DNA from: Verrucomicrobiota bacterium
GTDB lineage: Bacteria > Verrucomicrobiota > Verrucomicrobiia > Limisphaerales > AAA164-E04
Direction: 5' to 3'
Assembly: GCA_047947115.1 (NCBI GenBank)
Contig: CP170459.1
Coordinates: 5,920,001-5,984,000, forward strand
DNA: 64,000 nt
Shown here: positions 29,171-39,404 of the stretch, piece by piece
Layout: every line of letters starts with the position of its first letter
Numbering within the stretch: position 1 is the stretch's first letter
Translations under genes and position numbers: made by a program
The notes under the pieces: generated by a model
Databases searched by the model: none
What the model was told of the DNA's origin: nothing
Seen by the model: only the letters and a program-made list of their open reading frames with translations

Positions 29171-30951
29171 AACTGCTTGTTGCTCAACCATACGTTTTGA
29201 TAGGGGCGCAGCACAAAACCACCGCGCACATCGTCCACGCCTTCACCACTGATCAGATCCTTCCATGTGTCCGTTGTAATCAGATTAAGGTCCCCCAATT
29301 GAATCTCGATAAAATCGGAACTGACGTTGTTGAGGCAAAAGATGCTCTGGTCGCGCCGCATACTCTGCCGCCAGAAGGCAAACACACGATCCTCCAAATG
29401 CAGCGTGAACTGGGTGGCATTGGGGTGAAACGCCGGTTGACGTCGACGCAGTGCGATCAGTTTGAGAAGCTCTTTGTAAATGCGCGAATGTATGGATGTC
29501 GGCTCTCCCAACAAGGATTCAAGTTGGTCCATTTCCCATTCATGCCGATTGATTGAACGGTTGTGTCCGGTGTGTTCACAGAGTGCGTGATCATTGGGCG
29601 TGCCGAACAAACTGTGAATATAGATACCCGGAATCCCTTCTATCGCCAGCAGAATGGCGTGCGCACACACATACCGATCCAGATGCCACTCGTCCACTCC
29701 GGATTCAAATGTTGCCTTGAACGCATCAAACAAACTGATGTTGATTTCATAGGGTGAAGGGATCCCGCCTTCCGCAGCCCGCCATGAAACCTTGCCACCC
29801 ATGCGTTCCATCGTATCCACCAAGGAACGCATTTCCTGGTCTTCCAACAAACCTTCCGCAGGCCGCAGCCCAATGCCATCATGCGAAGCAATAAAGTTGA
29901 AAAAAGTGGTCCCCTCCTGCGCCGGCGGCATGCTCATCATCCATGCTTTGAGATGCCGGCAGTGCCCTGCAAGCATGGCATGCAGCAGCAAAGGTGGAAG
30001 GGAGAAATTGTAAATGATGTGCGCCTCGTTTCCATTCCCAAAATAGCTGAGGTTTTCATGATTCGGAATATTGGTTTCCGTCATCAACCACACCGGCTCC
30101 GGATACTGATCCACCAAGGTGCGAAGCAGACGCACGGTTTCATGCGTCTTGGGATGGTTGAGGCAGCGGGTGCCGAGTTCTTTCCAAAGATAGGCGATGG
30201 CATCCAAACGAATCACCCTCACCCCTCGCTGCAGATAACCGGCTAGGATGCGAATCATTTCCAGCAGCACCGCTGGTTCACCGAAATTCAGGTCCACTTG
30301 ATCATGACTGAAAGTACACCATACATATTTCACACCAGCATCGGAAGGTACGGGACGTGCCAAAGGTGAGGTCCGGGGCCTGGCCACCTGATTCAGATCA
30401 TCATTTGGTGAAATTTCGATGAAGAATTTATCATAGGGAGACTCCTGGTGCTGGTAGGCCGTAAACCACGGATGGGAAGAGGAACAATGATTGATCACAC
30501 AATCCGCCATCAAACGGAAATCTTCAGCAATCCCTGTCAAATCCGACCAATCACCAAGTTCAGGATTCACGACCTCGTAGTCGGAAATGGCAAACCCGTC
30601 ATCAGAAGTGTATGGAAAAAAGGGCAGAACGTGGACGCCGGAAAAACAGGACTGAAGATGCTTCTTCAAAAAGTCGCACAAGGTTGACAAAGGTTTTTCT
30701 TCTTTTCGTCTCAATGAACTCCCGTAGGTTATCAGGAAACAATCCTGCTGATCCCAGCCCGTATCTGGCCTGCCAGAAAGCATCTCAACGGACGAAGGTG
30801 GAAAAAGTGATAAGACGGACTCTGCCAGAACATCAATCTGACCATCCGGATAAATCACCTCCAGGTGACGTTTCAACCGCTCCTTGAACTCTTCCTGCAT
30901 GATGACTTCTTTTGACATGTCTGGTCTGCAAATTTCAATGGATTCTATCAA
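29167..30951 (-). CDS. GH13_18 sugar phosphorylase, glucosylglycerate phosphorylase (YcjM-like)
   Basis: LITYG, HVLPFFPYTSDDGF, WCTFSHDQVDLN, RLDAIAY, TETN, ASHDGIG and PYEIN motifs; TETN/PYEIN match the glucosylglycerate phosphorylase type. Confidence 0.88.
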   Translation of the reverse strand: MIESIEICRPDMSKEVIMQEEFKERLKRHLEVIYPDGQIDVLAESVLSLFPPSSVEMLSGRPDTGWDQQDCFLITYGSSLRRKEEKPLSTLCDFLKKHLQSCFSGVHVLPFFPYTSDDGFAISDYEVVNPELGDWSDLTGIAEDFRLMADCVINHCSSSHPWFTAYQHQESPYDKFFIEISPNDDLNQVARPRTSPLARPVPSDAGVKYVWCTFSHDQVDLNFGEPAVLLEMIRILAGYLQRGVRVIRLDAIAYLWKELGTRCLNHPKTHETVRLLRTLVDQYPEPVWLMTETNIPNHENLSYFGNGNEAHIIYNFSLPPLLLHAMLAGHCRHLKAWMMSMPPAQEGTTFFNFIASHDGIGLRPAEGLLEDQEMRSLVDTMERMGGKVSWRAAEGGIPSPYEINISLFDAFKATFESGVDEWHLDRYVCAHAILLAIEGIPGIYIHSLFGTPNDHALCEHTGHNRSINRHEWEMDQLESLLGEPTSIHSRIYKELLKLIALRRRQPAFHPNATQFTLHLEDRVFAFWRQSMRRDQSIFCLNNVSSDFIEIQLGDLNLITTDTWKDLISGEGVDDVRGGFVLRPYQNVWLSNKQF

Positions 30952-32213
30952 GCCACATGACGTTCCAAGGCCTCGCCATTTGACATGGGAGAATGACCGA
31001 ACGATTCCATGTCCTCATGAACCGCCCTCGCGAGTTGCCGATGAATGTTGGGATTGGCGCTGATGACTCGATTCCATGAAGGAACAAATGGAGTCTCCAT
31101 GGGATATTCAAGAAAAAGTTGTCCCGCTTTCATCAGGTTTTCAGCAAACAATTCCACGGTGGATTCCTCCTTATGGACATCCAGCTTCAGCCCGTTCATG
31201 ACGGCGTCCTTCCGAAATGATTCTACAAAATCCAACGCCGTGCGATAGTAGGTCGCCTTGATGGTTCTGAAAACTTCCGTGGTAAAAACCACTCCGTTGG
31301 TCGCCAGTTTCCGGTAAAAAGCTTTGCAAATATCAATGGACATTTTGGACAGGCCTTTGTTGGCGTCTTCCGGAGACAAGTCCTGATGTTTATGATCGTA
31401 AACATCCGTCAATTCAACCTGACAGATCCTGTTCACCGAGTAGTTGCGCTTCATCTCGGACAGAATACCGATCTCAAGTCCCCAGTCATTGGGAATGCGC
31501 ATGTCCCGAATCGCGTTTGCCTGAAAGGAAAATTCCCCTGCCAACGGATATCGGAAGCTGTCGAGAAACTCCAGGTGATCATGGTATCCAACCACCTGTT
31601 GCAGAGCTTTGATCAGTGGCGTCACAAGCAAACGGGCCACCCTGCCGTTTAGTTTTCCATCGGCATAACGTGCGTAATATCCTTTGCAGAAGCGAAAATT
31701 AAACGATGGATTTGCAACCGGATACAACAACCGGGCAAGCATCGAACGATCATACGTCACAATATCGCAATCATGCAAGGCCACCGAGGCAAGCTGATCC
31801 ATTGACATGAGGTAGCCCAAACAATACCACACATTGCACCCCTTCCCCAATTCGACCGGAGCCAGATTGTCCTCTTTAAGTTGGTCATCGATGGCCTTGA
31901 GCCGGGGGCCGTCATTCCACAGGACAACATGCTTTTGTGGCAAAACGGAAAAATACTCCAAAGCATGCCGGTATTCCGATTCTGAGGCGCGATCCAATCC
32001 AATGACAATCTGGGAAAGGTAAGGAACCTTTTTGAGTTCATCCAGGATGGTTTGCAAAGCGGGACGTTGCAGTTCAGAATAGAGGCATGGCAGCATCAAG
32101 GTCATGGGATGCTCTTTGGAATAGGTCACCAGATCAGCCTCCATCGATTCCAGAGATCGATGTCGCAAATGGTGAAGAGTCGTGATGATGCCGTTTTGAT
32201 AAAAATCAGTCAT
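30948..32213 (-). CDS. gpgS: Glucosyl-3-phosphoglycerate synthase-type glycosyltransferase
   Basis: DFYQNGIITTLH, GKGCNVW, LHDCDI, KGYYAR, GRVARL, YPLAGEF, DWGLEIG and YDHKHQ motifs; operon context. Confidence 0.85.
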   Translation of the reverse strand: MTDFYQNGIITTLHHLRHRSLESMEADLVTYSKEHPMTLMLPCLYSELQRPALQTILDELKKVPYLSQIVIGLDRASESEYRHALEYFSVLPQKHVVLWNDGPRLKAIDDQLKEDNLAPVELGKGCNVWYCLGYLMSMDQLASVALHDCDIVTYDRSMLARLLYPVANPSFNFRFCKGYYARYADGKLNGRVARLLVTPLIKALQQVVGYHDHLEFLDSFRYPLAGEFSFQANAIRDMRIPNDWGLEIGILSEMKRNYSVNRICQVELTDVYDHKHQDLSPEDANKGLSKMSIDICKAFYRKLATNGVVFTTEVFRTIKATYYRTALDFVESFRKDAVMNGLKLDVHKEESTVELFAENLMKAGQLFLEYPMETPFVPSWNRVISANPNIHRQLARAVHEDMESFGHSPMSNGEALERHVA

Positions 32214-32225
32214 TTCAGTCGTTGT

Positions 32226-33140
32226 TTATTTAATCGAAAGTTCGGTTGGGCCACCTTCACCGGGTGACAGTTCAAGTTGATGCAACAAAGCCAGCACTGA
32301 TTCGCTCCACCCTTTTGGACCGCATGCTGTGGTGTGGTGAACTTTTTTGACAGAGGAATTAAGAGCAGGATTCACCGGGGATTTGACGGCAATTGACACG
32401 TCGGCAGCTTCCAGCATCAGCAAATCATTCGGACCATCGCCAAGTGCTGCCATGCGAACCGCAGCACCGGCCTTGATTCCGAAGTATGATCTCAACCAAT
32501 GCATCGCCTTCCCCTTGTCATGCATGCCGGATACCGTGTAGAACCGTCCCCCTTTCGAAACTTGCAAACCATGTCGTCGAAGTGCCGACCGAAACCTTTT
32601 CAGATCCGATTCCATCCCATCAAAAATCAGGGGCTCGGAAAAATCACGCGTCTGCGCAGCCTCGGCAGCCAGCTCTGAAAGTCCGGTGACTTCCTGCAAA
32701 GCTGCAATGGACAATTCAGAAAAGGATCGAAAGGGAATATGCTCGCAGTTTCGAATGTCCAGGATTGCCATCAGTATGTCACATCTGGGAATTCCCAACG
32801 AGATCCACTGCCCCCTGTGAAAAAACTTTTTGGTGTCAGCCCAGAATGCATGAGGATCGGCCTGTTCAGGAATAAAAATACCCCCGCCATTTTCAACCAC
32901 CATCGGACTCGTCACGCCAAGTAAAGCTGCATAGGACATGAGTTCCGCCCGTGTTTTACTGCTATTGAATACGAGCGGAATATTTAAGCGCCGCAACTCA
33001 TTCAGGGCAGGCAAGGCCTGTTCAAAGGCATAGGTATGGTGATCCAGCAAGGTGCCGTCCATATCCGTCACAACCACCCAGAAATCTTTTGAGCTGGCAG
33101 TGTCTGGAATCGTCATCTTTGGTGCTGTCAATATATCCAT
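32226..33140 (-). CDS. gpgP: Glucosyl/mannosyl-3-phosphoglycerate phosphatase (HAD-IIB)
   Basis: DMDGTLLD, SSKTRAE, ENGG, SEP, GGRF, DKG and LGDGPND motifs; start uncertain (33116-33140). Confidence 0.87.
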   Translation of the reverse strand: MDILTAPKMTIPDTASSKDFWVVVTDMDGTLLDHHTYAFEQALPALNELRRLNIPLVFNSSKTRAELMSYAALLGVTSPMVVENGGGIFIPEQADPHAFWADTKKFFHRGQWISLGIPRCDILMAILDIRNCEHIPFRSFSELSIAALQEVTGLSELAAEAAQTRDFSEPLIFDGMESDLKRFRSALRRHGLQVSKGGRFYTVSGMHDKGKAMHWLRSYFGIKAGAAVRMAALGDGPNDLLMLEAADVSIAVKSPVNPALNSSVKKVHHTTACGPKGWSESVLALLHQLELSPGEGGPTELSIK

Positions 33141-33173
33141 ACTCCTCGCGACAAACGTAGAACAACACACCTA

Positions 33174-33189
33174 AGCAAACGGGATGCCA
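33174..33189 (-). promoter_or_regulatory. Sigma54 (-24/-12) promoter of the glucosylglycerate operon
   Basis: Minus strand TGGCATCCCGTTTGCT matches TGGCAC-N5-TTGCW with exact GG-N10-GC spacing, about 35 nt upstream of the phosphatase start. Confidence 0.75.
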
Positions 33190-33490
33190 TCAGCTTTTCG
33201 CCACCAAAAAACTCACCCCTTCATAAAGCACGTTTTCCACTGCCTTTCAGCATGTTAAAGCAATTGTCAATCAAACGAGAAACACTTTAAGGATAAGAGC
33301 GAGCATCATCTTCAGAAACATTCCTGCCAAAAATGAAACAGGCTGTCTAAAAAGACACAGAGCATCTCTCATCTATTTCTAAAAAACGGCATTACCCACG
33401 TGTCAATCTGGAGTGCAGTAAGTCAATTCCGCTGACGACACCTCGGGGAATGGTGATGATTTCCCCACCAAAACTGTAGCCCCATTTTTT

Positions 33491-33546
33491 CTTAGTTACT
33501 TCGTGACTCAGTGTGAAGAAACAAAATCTCTCACAAAGACACTAAG
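33491..33546. repeat. Back-to-back CTTAGTG.../...CACTAAG short-repeat ends
   Basis: cttagttacttcgtgactcagtgtga ... tctctcacaaagacactaag; homologous to 35926-35995. Confidence 0.6.
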
Positions 33547-33564
33547 TTTTTAGTCCTTTATTTT

Positions 33565-34767
33565 TCACTTACCGAAAAAGGGGTTCTTTCCGGTGGACAA
33601 GGCGTAGATGCTGCCATACTGCTGGGCAAAGCCGACATAAAGCGTTCCATCAGGCGCAAGCAAAGGACGACTCACCAATATAGGTTTGGCAAAACCAAAT
33701 CGTTCCCGGATGATTTTTTTCATCCCATTCCAATTTTGCGGCATTCGAAAATCCCCTTTCTTGGGAACCTCAAACACCCACTTCACGTCTCCATCCGGCC
33801 CCACGGCGGTTACCTTCGGATCGGCGGATGCCACAAATACAGTGCCGTCACGTGCAACAACGGGAGCCTGCATACTGCGGTATTCTCCAAGCTGTAGCTC
33901 CCACTTCAACGATCCTTCCGGGCTGATAGTTTCCAGCCAGCTATCCGTGCTGAGGACATGGATCGAGCCATCAGGCCCTATGACTGGCTCGGTCACTCCA
34001 TGATGGCGGGCATTGGAATAGGTCCAGGCCACCTCCCCGTCAGGTTGGATGGCGGTGAGCGTTAGATTCGTCGATCCGCCCCTCACATAAACCGTCCCAT
34101 CTGAAGCGACAGCAGGCGTGTCATACCAACCACTCCCCCGAAGATCCCACTGCAATGAACCTTCCGAGTTGAGACAATACAGATGCTCCGCAGAGACCAG
34201 ATAGATCGAACCATCTGGCCCAAGCGAGGCAGGACGATAAAGGGACGCGTCCGCAGCAAACGACCATTTCACCTGTCCTGATCGGGAAAGAGCCACAAGA
34301 TTACTACGTGCATTGAAATAAATGGTCCCATCTTTTGACACAACTGGAGGAGCCGAGCGGAAGAGCCTGAAGGCCGTTGTCTGCCACAACTCGGAACCAT
34401 CCGGCTTTTGCGCTCGAAGTGTCGCTTGTGCCCCCTGACCGTGAAACAAATAATAAAAGGTACCATCAGCTTCAACCGCTATGGGACGGGGAAATCTAAA
34501 ACCGTGAACACCCCTGGTAACGTTTGTCCGCAGCACCCCCGCCCGATCCAATTCCAGCAGGTTAGTATACGTTGAAGCCAGTAGACCACCATTCGGCCCC
34601 AACACAAAAGGTGTGCTCGTATCCAAATAAGGCCCGACATCCGCTTTCCATAAAACAGGCACCGGATAGGAAGGATTCCGCTTCAAAACAACAAAGCCAC
34701 CGATGCTGAGCAAAACAATGCCCAACAGAACGGGTAAGCATTTTTTGCTAAAAATACCTAATCGCAT
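33565..34767 (-). CDS. PQQ-like beta-propeller repeat protein, membrane anchored
   Basis: N-terminal TM; repeated PxxgxDGTxY...LxAxxPDGxxKW blades. Confidence 0.88.
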   Translation of the reverse strand: MRLGIFSKKCLPVLLGIVLLSIGGFVVLKRNPSYPVPVLWKADVGPYLDTSTPFVLGPNGGLLASTYTNLLELDRAGVLRTNVTRGVHGFRFPRPIAVEADGTFYYLFHGQGAQATLRAQKPDGSELWQTTAFRLFRSAPPVVSKDGTIYFNARSNLVALSRSGQVKWSFAADASLYRPASLGPDGSIYLVSAEHLYCLNSEGSLQWDLRGSGWYDTPAVASDGTVYVRGGSTNLTLTAIQPDGEVAWTYSNARHHGVTEPVIGPDGSIHVLSTDSWLETISPEGSLKWELQLGEYRSMQAPVVARDGTVFVASADPKVTAVGPDGDVKWVFEVPKKGDFRMPQNWNGMKKIIRERFGFAKPILVSRPLLAPDGTLYVGFAQQYGSIYALSTGKNPFFGK

Positions 34768-34883
34768 ACAGTCCTCTTTTTCTTCAACATCTGCGTCAAT
34801 CTGCGCTTATCTGAGGATAAAAAAACAAACAGTCAAAAAGCTTACCCTCCCCACCAACACCACCAAACAATCAATCCAACCAA

Positions 34884-35834
34884 CTACCCCCAAAACAAAG
34901 GTTTCCGATCATTGATCACCCCATACAAACGGCGGGTGTAAGCCGTATCCACTCCCAAACGTTCCCCCAGCTCAATGATGGCCCCGGCAAACAGTCGGCG
35001 TTCATCGGGTTTTTCCGGATTTTCAAAATCGCGTTGGAAGGATGTTTTTGTTTCGAATGGAAACTGAGTTCCCTTTTCAAGCGATCGCTGCACGATGTCC
35101 GCGTCCAGTGACACACCCAACTCTTTGGCAAGATTTGCAGTTTCATGCATGACTTGCTTTACTTCGCCTTTGAGCCCCGAGTCACCCAGCACCTCGCCCA
35201 ATGTTTTGCCAAACGCTGCCGTGACGATGCCGTATCCGGCGATGAAGATGAATTTCTGCCAGATATCTGATTGAATGTCCGACTTCCACTCGTGCTTGAT
35301 TCCAGCGCTTGTGAAAAGTTGCAACAAACCATCGGGCCGCATTTCTGGGTGTTCCGGATCAGGTCCCAGATATATTTTGCAAGCGCCACCTTTCTGTTCA
35401 ATCACCCCTGGTTGTTGAATGTGGGTTCCGATATATACGCAGCCTGGCAACACGATCCCGGATGAAATCTTTCGGCGCACGCGAGTTGCCACATCCACGC
35501 CATTGAGCAGGGGTAGAATGATGGTGGAAGGTTTGGTGCATGCCTCCAATTCCAACAGCACCCGGTCGAGGTCATATTCCTTAATACACAGCAAGACCAG
35601 GTCCAACGCACCCAATTTCGAGATCTCATCCGTGGCCAAAGCAGGGTGGGCAGTCCATTCGGGCTCATCCTGCGCCATAACATGCAGGCCGTTCGTTCGA
35701 ATCTGATCCAGATGCATTCCCCTGGCCAGAAATGAAACTTGCAATGCCTGCTCTGTTTTGAGCAACCGGCACAGCTTGGCACCGAAATATCCCCCCACTC
35801 CCCCTACACCAATGACTCCAATACTTTTAATCAT
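34884..35834 (-). CDS. panE: 2-dehydropantoate 2-reductase (ketopantoate reductase)
   Basis: GVGGVGGYFG, CIKEYD, LLNG, WQKF and KTSFQRD...E motifs. Confidence 0.88.
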   Translation of the reverse strand: MIKSIGVIGVGGVGGYFGAKLCRLLKTEQALQVSFLARGMHLDQIRTNGLHVMAQDEPEWTAHPALATDEISKLGALDLVLLCIKEYDLDRVLLELEACTKPSTIILPLLNGVDVATRVRRKISSGIVLPGCVYIGTHIQQPGVIEQKGGACKIYLGPDPEHPEMRPDGLLQLFTSAGIKHEWKSDIQSDIWQKFIFIAGYGIVTAAFGKTLGEVLGDSGLKGEVKQVMHETANLAKELGVSLDADIVQRSLEKGTQFPFETKTSFQRDFENPEKPDERRLFAGAIIELGERLGVDTAYTRRLYGVINDRKPLFWG

Positions 35835-35925
35835 AGATTCGAATCTTTTCGCCTACATGCTTTTCAATATAAACGACCGAAAATAACAACCTGCTCACAA
35901 CAAATACCCGGCAAACCTGAAACCT

Positions 35926-35995
35926 CTTAGTGCATTTGTGGCTTTGTGTGAACCCTTCTTCTCTTTTTCTCTCACGAAGTCACTAAGGCACGAAG
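35926..35995. repeat. Back-to-back CTTAGTG.../...CACTAAG short-repeat ends
   Basis: cttagtgcatttgtggctttgtgtga ... tctctcacgaagtcactaaggcacgaag; homologous to 33491-33546. Confidence 0.6.
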
Positions 35996-36201
35996 ATTAA
36001 GAATATGAAGAAAACTAGAGATTGTTCCTGAAACCGTTGCTTTCGAGATGGAGATTAAATGATTCCAGCATGAATCTGCAAGAAGTGAGTCCTTGCGCCC
36101 ACATAGGATTTTCGTCAAGATGATGGCCATCCAGAGCAATGAATCAGTCGTGGCGTGTCATGTTTAAGAGATACAAGACGACTTTGTGATCAAATGAATT
36201 T

Positions 36202-37206
36202 ATGAAGAACAATGTATCAAACATCTTACTAACTGTAGCATGCATCGCCTTGTGGTCACTGGCCACTGGATGTGGGAAGCCGGCTCCCATTGAAAACGAA
36301 ACAGATGGCAGCACGGAAGCTCAAACAAACTCCACAAAGAAGACCATCGGGGTTTCCTTGCTCACTCTTAAAAATCCTTTCTTCAAGGTAATTGGAGATC
36401 ACATCACTTTGGAAGGAGCCAAATCGGGGTATGAAACCATCGTGCTCAGCGCCGATGAAGATGTGGCTAAACAGTCCAATCAGGTGAAGGATTTCATCGT
36501 GAAAAAGGTTTCGGCGATCGTTCTCAGCCCATGCGAATCCCGCTCGATTGTGCCGGTCATCCAGGAAGCAAATGAGGCGGGCATCCCGGTGATCACGGTG
36601 GATATTCCCTGCAATGAACCCGGGGTTAAAATCCTGACTCAAGTCGCTACGGACAACTATAGCGGCGGCAAGGAAGCTGGCAAAGCCATGATCGATGCAC
36701 TCGGCTCGGCGGGTGGCAAGGTCGCCATTCTGCATTTCGCCCAGGCTGAATCCTGTCGTTTACGGGTAAAAGGGTTTCGTGAAATCATCGACACGTACAA
36801 TCAAGCATCCCCTAACAAAATTGACATGGTCATGGAACTCGAGGGTGGTGGCGACAAAGCCATCGGTTACAAAGCGGCCGAGGACGCCCTGCAAGCCCAC
36901 CCCGATCTGCGCGGCATTTTTGCCATCAACGATCCTTCCGCCCTGGGCGCCAGAGCTGCTCTGGAGAAGGCTGGCAAGGCCGATCAAGTGTTGATTATCG
37001 GTTTCGATGGCCAACCGGAAGGCAAACAGGCCATCAAGGACGGAAAGATCTATGCCGATCCGATCCAGTTTCCGGATCGCATGGGTGTCGAGGTGGTCAA
37101 ATCCATCATCGCCCATTCCAAAGGCGAGGATGTGCCACCGGAACAGTTGATTCCAACCAGCCTTTACCGCCAGGAAGACGGACTTAAAGATCCGGACTTG
37201 CAGTAA
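36202..37206 (+). CDS. Sugar ABC transporter substrate-binding lipoprotein (RbsB-like)
   Basis: Lipobox-like LATGC; NPFF, AGIPVITVD, TDNYSGG, IFAIND and IGFDG motifs. Confidence 0.93.
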   Translation: MKNNVSNILLTVACIALWSLATGCGKPAPIENETDGSTEAQTNSTKKTIGVSLLTLKNPFFKVIGDHITLEGAKSGYETIVLSADEDVAKQSNQVKDFIVKKVSAIVLSPCESRSIVPVIQEANEAGIPVITVDIPCNEPGVKILTQVATDNYSGGKEAGKAMIDALGSAGGKVAILHFAQAESCRLRVKGFREIIDTYNQASPNKIDMVMELEGGGDKAIGYKAAEDALQAHPDLRGIFAINDPSALGARAALEKAGKADQVLIIGFDGQPEGKQAIKDGKIYADPIQFPDRMGVEVVKSIIAHSKGEDVPPEQLIPTSLYRQEDGLKDPDLQ

Positions 37207-37232
37207 ACCGTCCACTTTCGACCAGATACGTC

Positions 37233-38093
37233 ATGAGCGAATCTACACCGGATTTCCTTCCATCCCTGGTAGGCTCCATGTCGGAAGGCGCAGCGGGCAA
37301 TCCAACCGTTGAAATGATCGAGGCAGCCTTTCGCCATCACGGACTGCACTACCGCTACATCAACATGGAAGTCGCGTCCGCCGATTTGGCGGATGCCGTC
37401 AAAGGTGCACGCGCCATGGGATTCAAAGGGTTCAATTGCAGTTTGCCCCACAAGGTATCGGTGATCCAACACCTGGATGGCCTGGGCAAATCCGCCGAGA
37501 TCATGGGGGCGGTCAATTGTGTTGTTCAACGTGACGGAAAGTTCATTGGCGAAAACACCGACGGCAAAGGATTCCTGGAATCATTAAAATCACTCATTGA
37601 TCCAGCCGGAAAGAAGATCGTCATCCTGGGCGCAGGAGGAGCGGCACGCGCCATTGCGGTGGAACTCGGATTGGCGGGAGCGGGGCAAATCACCATCGTC
37701 AATCGCTCGACAGAACGTGGTCTGGCTTTGAACACACTTCTCGTGGACAAACTTCAATTGGATTCAAATTTTGTTCAGTGGTCCGACACCTTTCAAATCC
37801 CAGCAGACACCGACGTGCTGGTCAATGGAACGTCTATTGGCCTTTACGATGGCAACGCCACCATGCCGATTGACCTCACGACTCTCAAGCCTTCCATCGT
37901 GGTGGCGGACGTTATATTCAGCCCACCTGAAACCTGGCTGTTACGCGAAGCCAAACAGGCCGGTTGCGCCACGCTGGATGGACTGGGCATGATCGTGAAT
38001 CAAGGCATCACCAGCGTGGATTACTGGACGGGGGTACGTCCCGAAGCATCCGTCATGCGCACAGCCGTCGAAAAGGCACTATCACTCTCTTAA
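37233..38093 (+). CDS. aroE: Shikimate dehydrogenase family oxidoreductase with an atypical substrate loop
   Basis: GFNCSLPHK, GAVN, NTDG, GAGGAARA, NRS and GLGM...Q motifs; lacks the canonical HSxSP. Confidence 0.85.
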   Translation: MSESTPDFLPSLVGSMSEGAAGNPTVEMIEAAFRHHGLHYRYINMEVASADLADAVKGARAMGFKGFNCSLPHKVSVIQHLDGLGKSAEIMGAVNCVVQRDGKFIGENTDGKGFLESLKSLIDPAGKKIVILGAGGAARAIAVELGLAGAGQITIVNRSTERGLALNTLLVDKLQLDSNFVQWSDTFQIPADTDVLVNGTSIGLYDGNATMPIDLTTLKPSIVVADVIFSPPETWLLREAKQAGCATLDGLGMIVNQGITSVDYWTGVRPEASVMRTAVEKALSLS

Positions 38094-38112
38094 CCATCCA
38101 AACCTTCAACTA

Positions 38113-39351
38113 ATGAAACGCATCATCCTTCCACTTCTTATGGCGACCACTCTTTTGGAGGCCAACAGCAAAGAACCCTTGAAGATCACCCTTACCAGCG
38201 TCCAGCAAAACATCCATGTCGACGCATGGCAAATGAGCGGAGCTGATATCACGCCGGAGGCACCTGGTTGGACGATCACCAAACAAACCCTACACGGAGG
38301 CAAACAAGAAGGCGTCGACCTCATCACAGTCAACAACGGCAAACTATCATTCTCCGTCATCCCAACACGCGGCATGGGTATCCTGAACGCGCGCATGGAA
38401 GACATCTATCTGGGATGGAACTCACCCGTCAAAGAAGTGGTGCATCCACAACACATTCGTTTGGAAGATCGAGGCGGACTGGGATGGCTGGAGGGTTTCA
38501 ACGAATGGATGGTGCGTTGCGGCCTCGAAAGCAACGGTCATCCAGGCACCGATTCCTTCATCAACAACGTGGGTGACGAAGCGGTCATGGACCTGACACT
38601 CCACGGCAAAATCGCCAACATCCCCGCCAGCGAAGTGGAAGTGGTCATTGATCGCGAGGCGCCCTACCGCATCCACATCCGTGGTCGTGTAGATGAACGC
38701 ATGTTTTACGGGCCCAAGCTGGAACTATGGACCGAAATTTCCACCACGCCTGATTCACCAGCCTTGCGCATCTCCGACACCATCACCAATCGTGGAGACG
38801 ATCCCCAGGAATTCGAGATCCTATACCACGCCAACTACGGTCCCCCCTTGCTGGAACAAGGTTCCAAATTCCTGGCTCCGGTTGCCAAAGTGATACCCTT
38901 CAATGATCACGCCGCTGAGTCGGTGAGCGAATATGCTCAATACCAGGGACCCACTTCAGGATTTGTCGAACAAGTTTACTGCATCACCGCCCTGGCCGGA
39001 CGCGACGGCAAGACCACCATCGGATTGGTCAATCGTGCCAAAAACAAAGGCATCTCCATGACCTACTCCGTCAAGGAACTGCCATATGTCACTCTGTGGA
39101 AAAACACCAATTCCGAAGGTGAAGGCTATGTCACCGGACTGGAACCAGGCACCAACTTTCCCAACAACCGACGCATAGAGCGTAAATTTGGACGGGTGCC
39201 AAAACTGAAATCAGGTGAAAGCCACAAGGCCACCATCGACTTCACCATCCTCAAAGGACGCCAACAAATCAGCCGACTGGAAGATCACATCCAAGCCTTG
39301 CAACAAAACCAGAAACCAACCATCGAAACCAAGCCCGAAGACAAGGAGTAA
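38113..39351 (+). CDS. DUF4432 / aldose 1-epimerase family protein, secreted
   Basis: Signal peptide; LHGGKQEGVD, PTRGMG, GWNSPV, LTLHGKIAN, YHANYG and VTGLEP motifs. Confidence 0.88.
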   Translation: MKRIILPLLMATTLLEANSKEPLKITLTSVQQNIHVDAWQMSGADITPEAPGWTITKQTLHGGKQEGVDLITVNNGKLSFSVIPTRGMGILNARMEDIYLGWNSPVKEVVHPQHIRLEDRGGLGWLEGFNEWMVRCGLESNGHPGTDSFINNVGDEAVMDLTLHGKIANIPASEVEVVIDREAPYRIHIRGRVDERMFYGPKLELWTEISTTPDSPALRISDTITNRGDDPQEFEILYHANYGPPLLEQGSKFLAPVAKVIPFNDHAAESVSEYAQYQGPTSGFVEQVYCITALAGRDGKTTIGLVNRAKNKGISMTYSVKELPYVTLWKNTNSEGEGYVTGLEPGTNFPNNRRIERKFGRVPKLKSGESHKATIDFTILKGRQQISRLEDHIQALQQNQKPTIETKPEDKE

Positions 39352-39404
39352 ACACTACGACTCAATGCCATCGGCATAGTGAACTTTGTTAACCGATCCG
39401 TTGC

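Noticed and set aside
33315..33330. Second sigma54-like site (TGGCAGGAATGTTTCT, minus strand)
   Set aside because: It lacks the invariant -12 GC.
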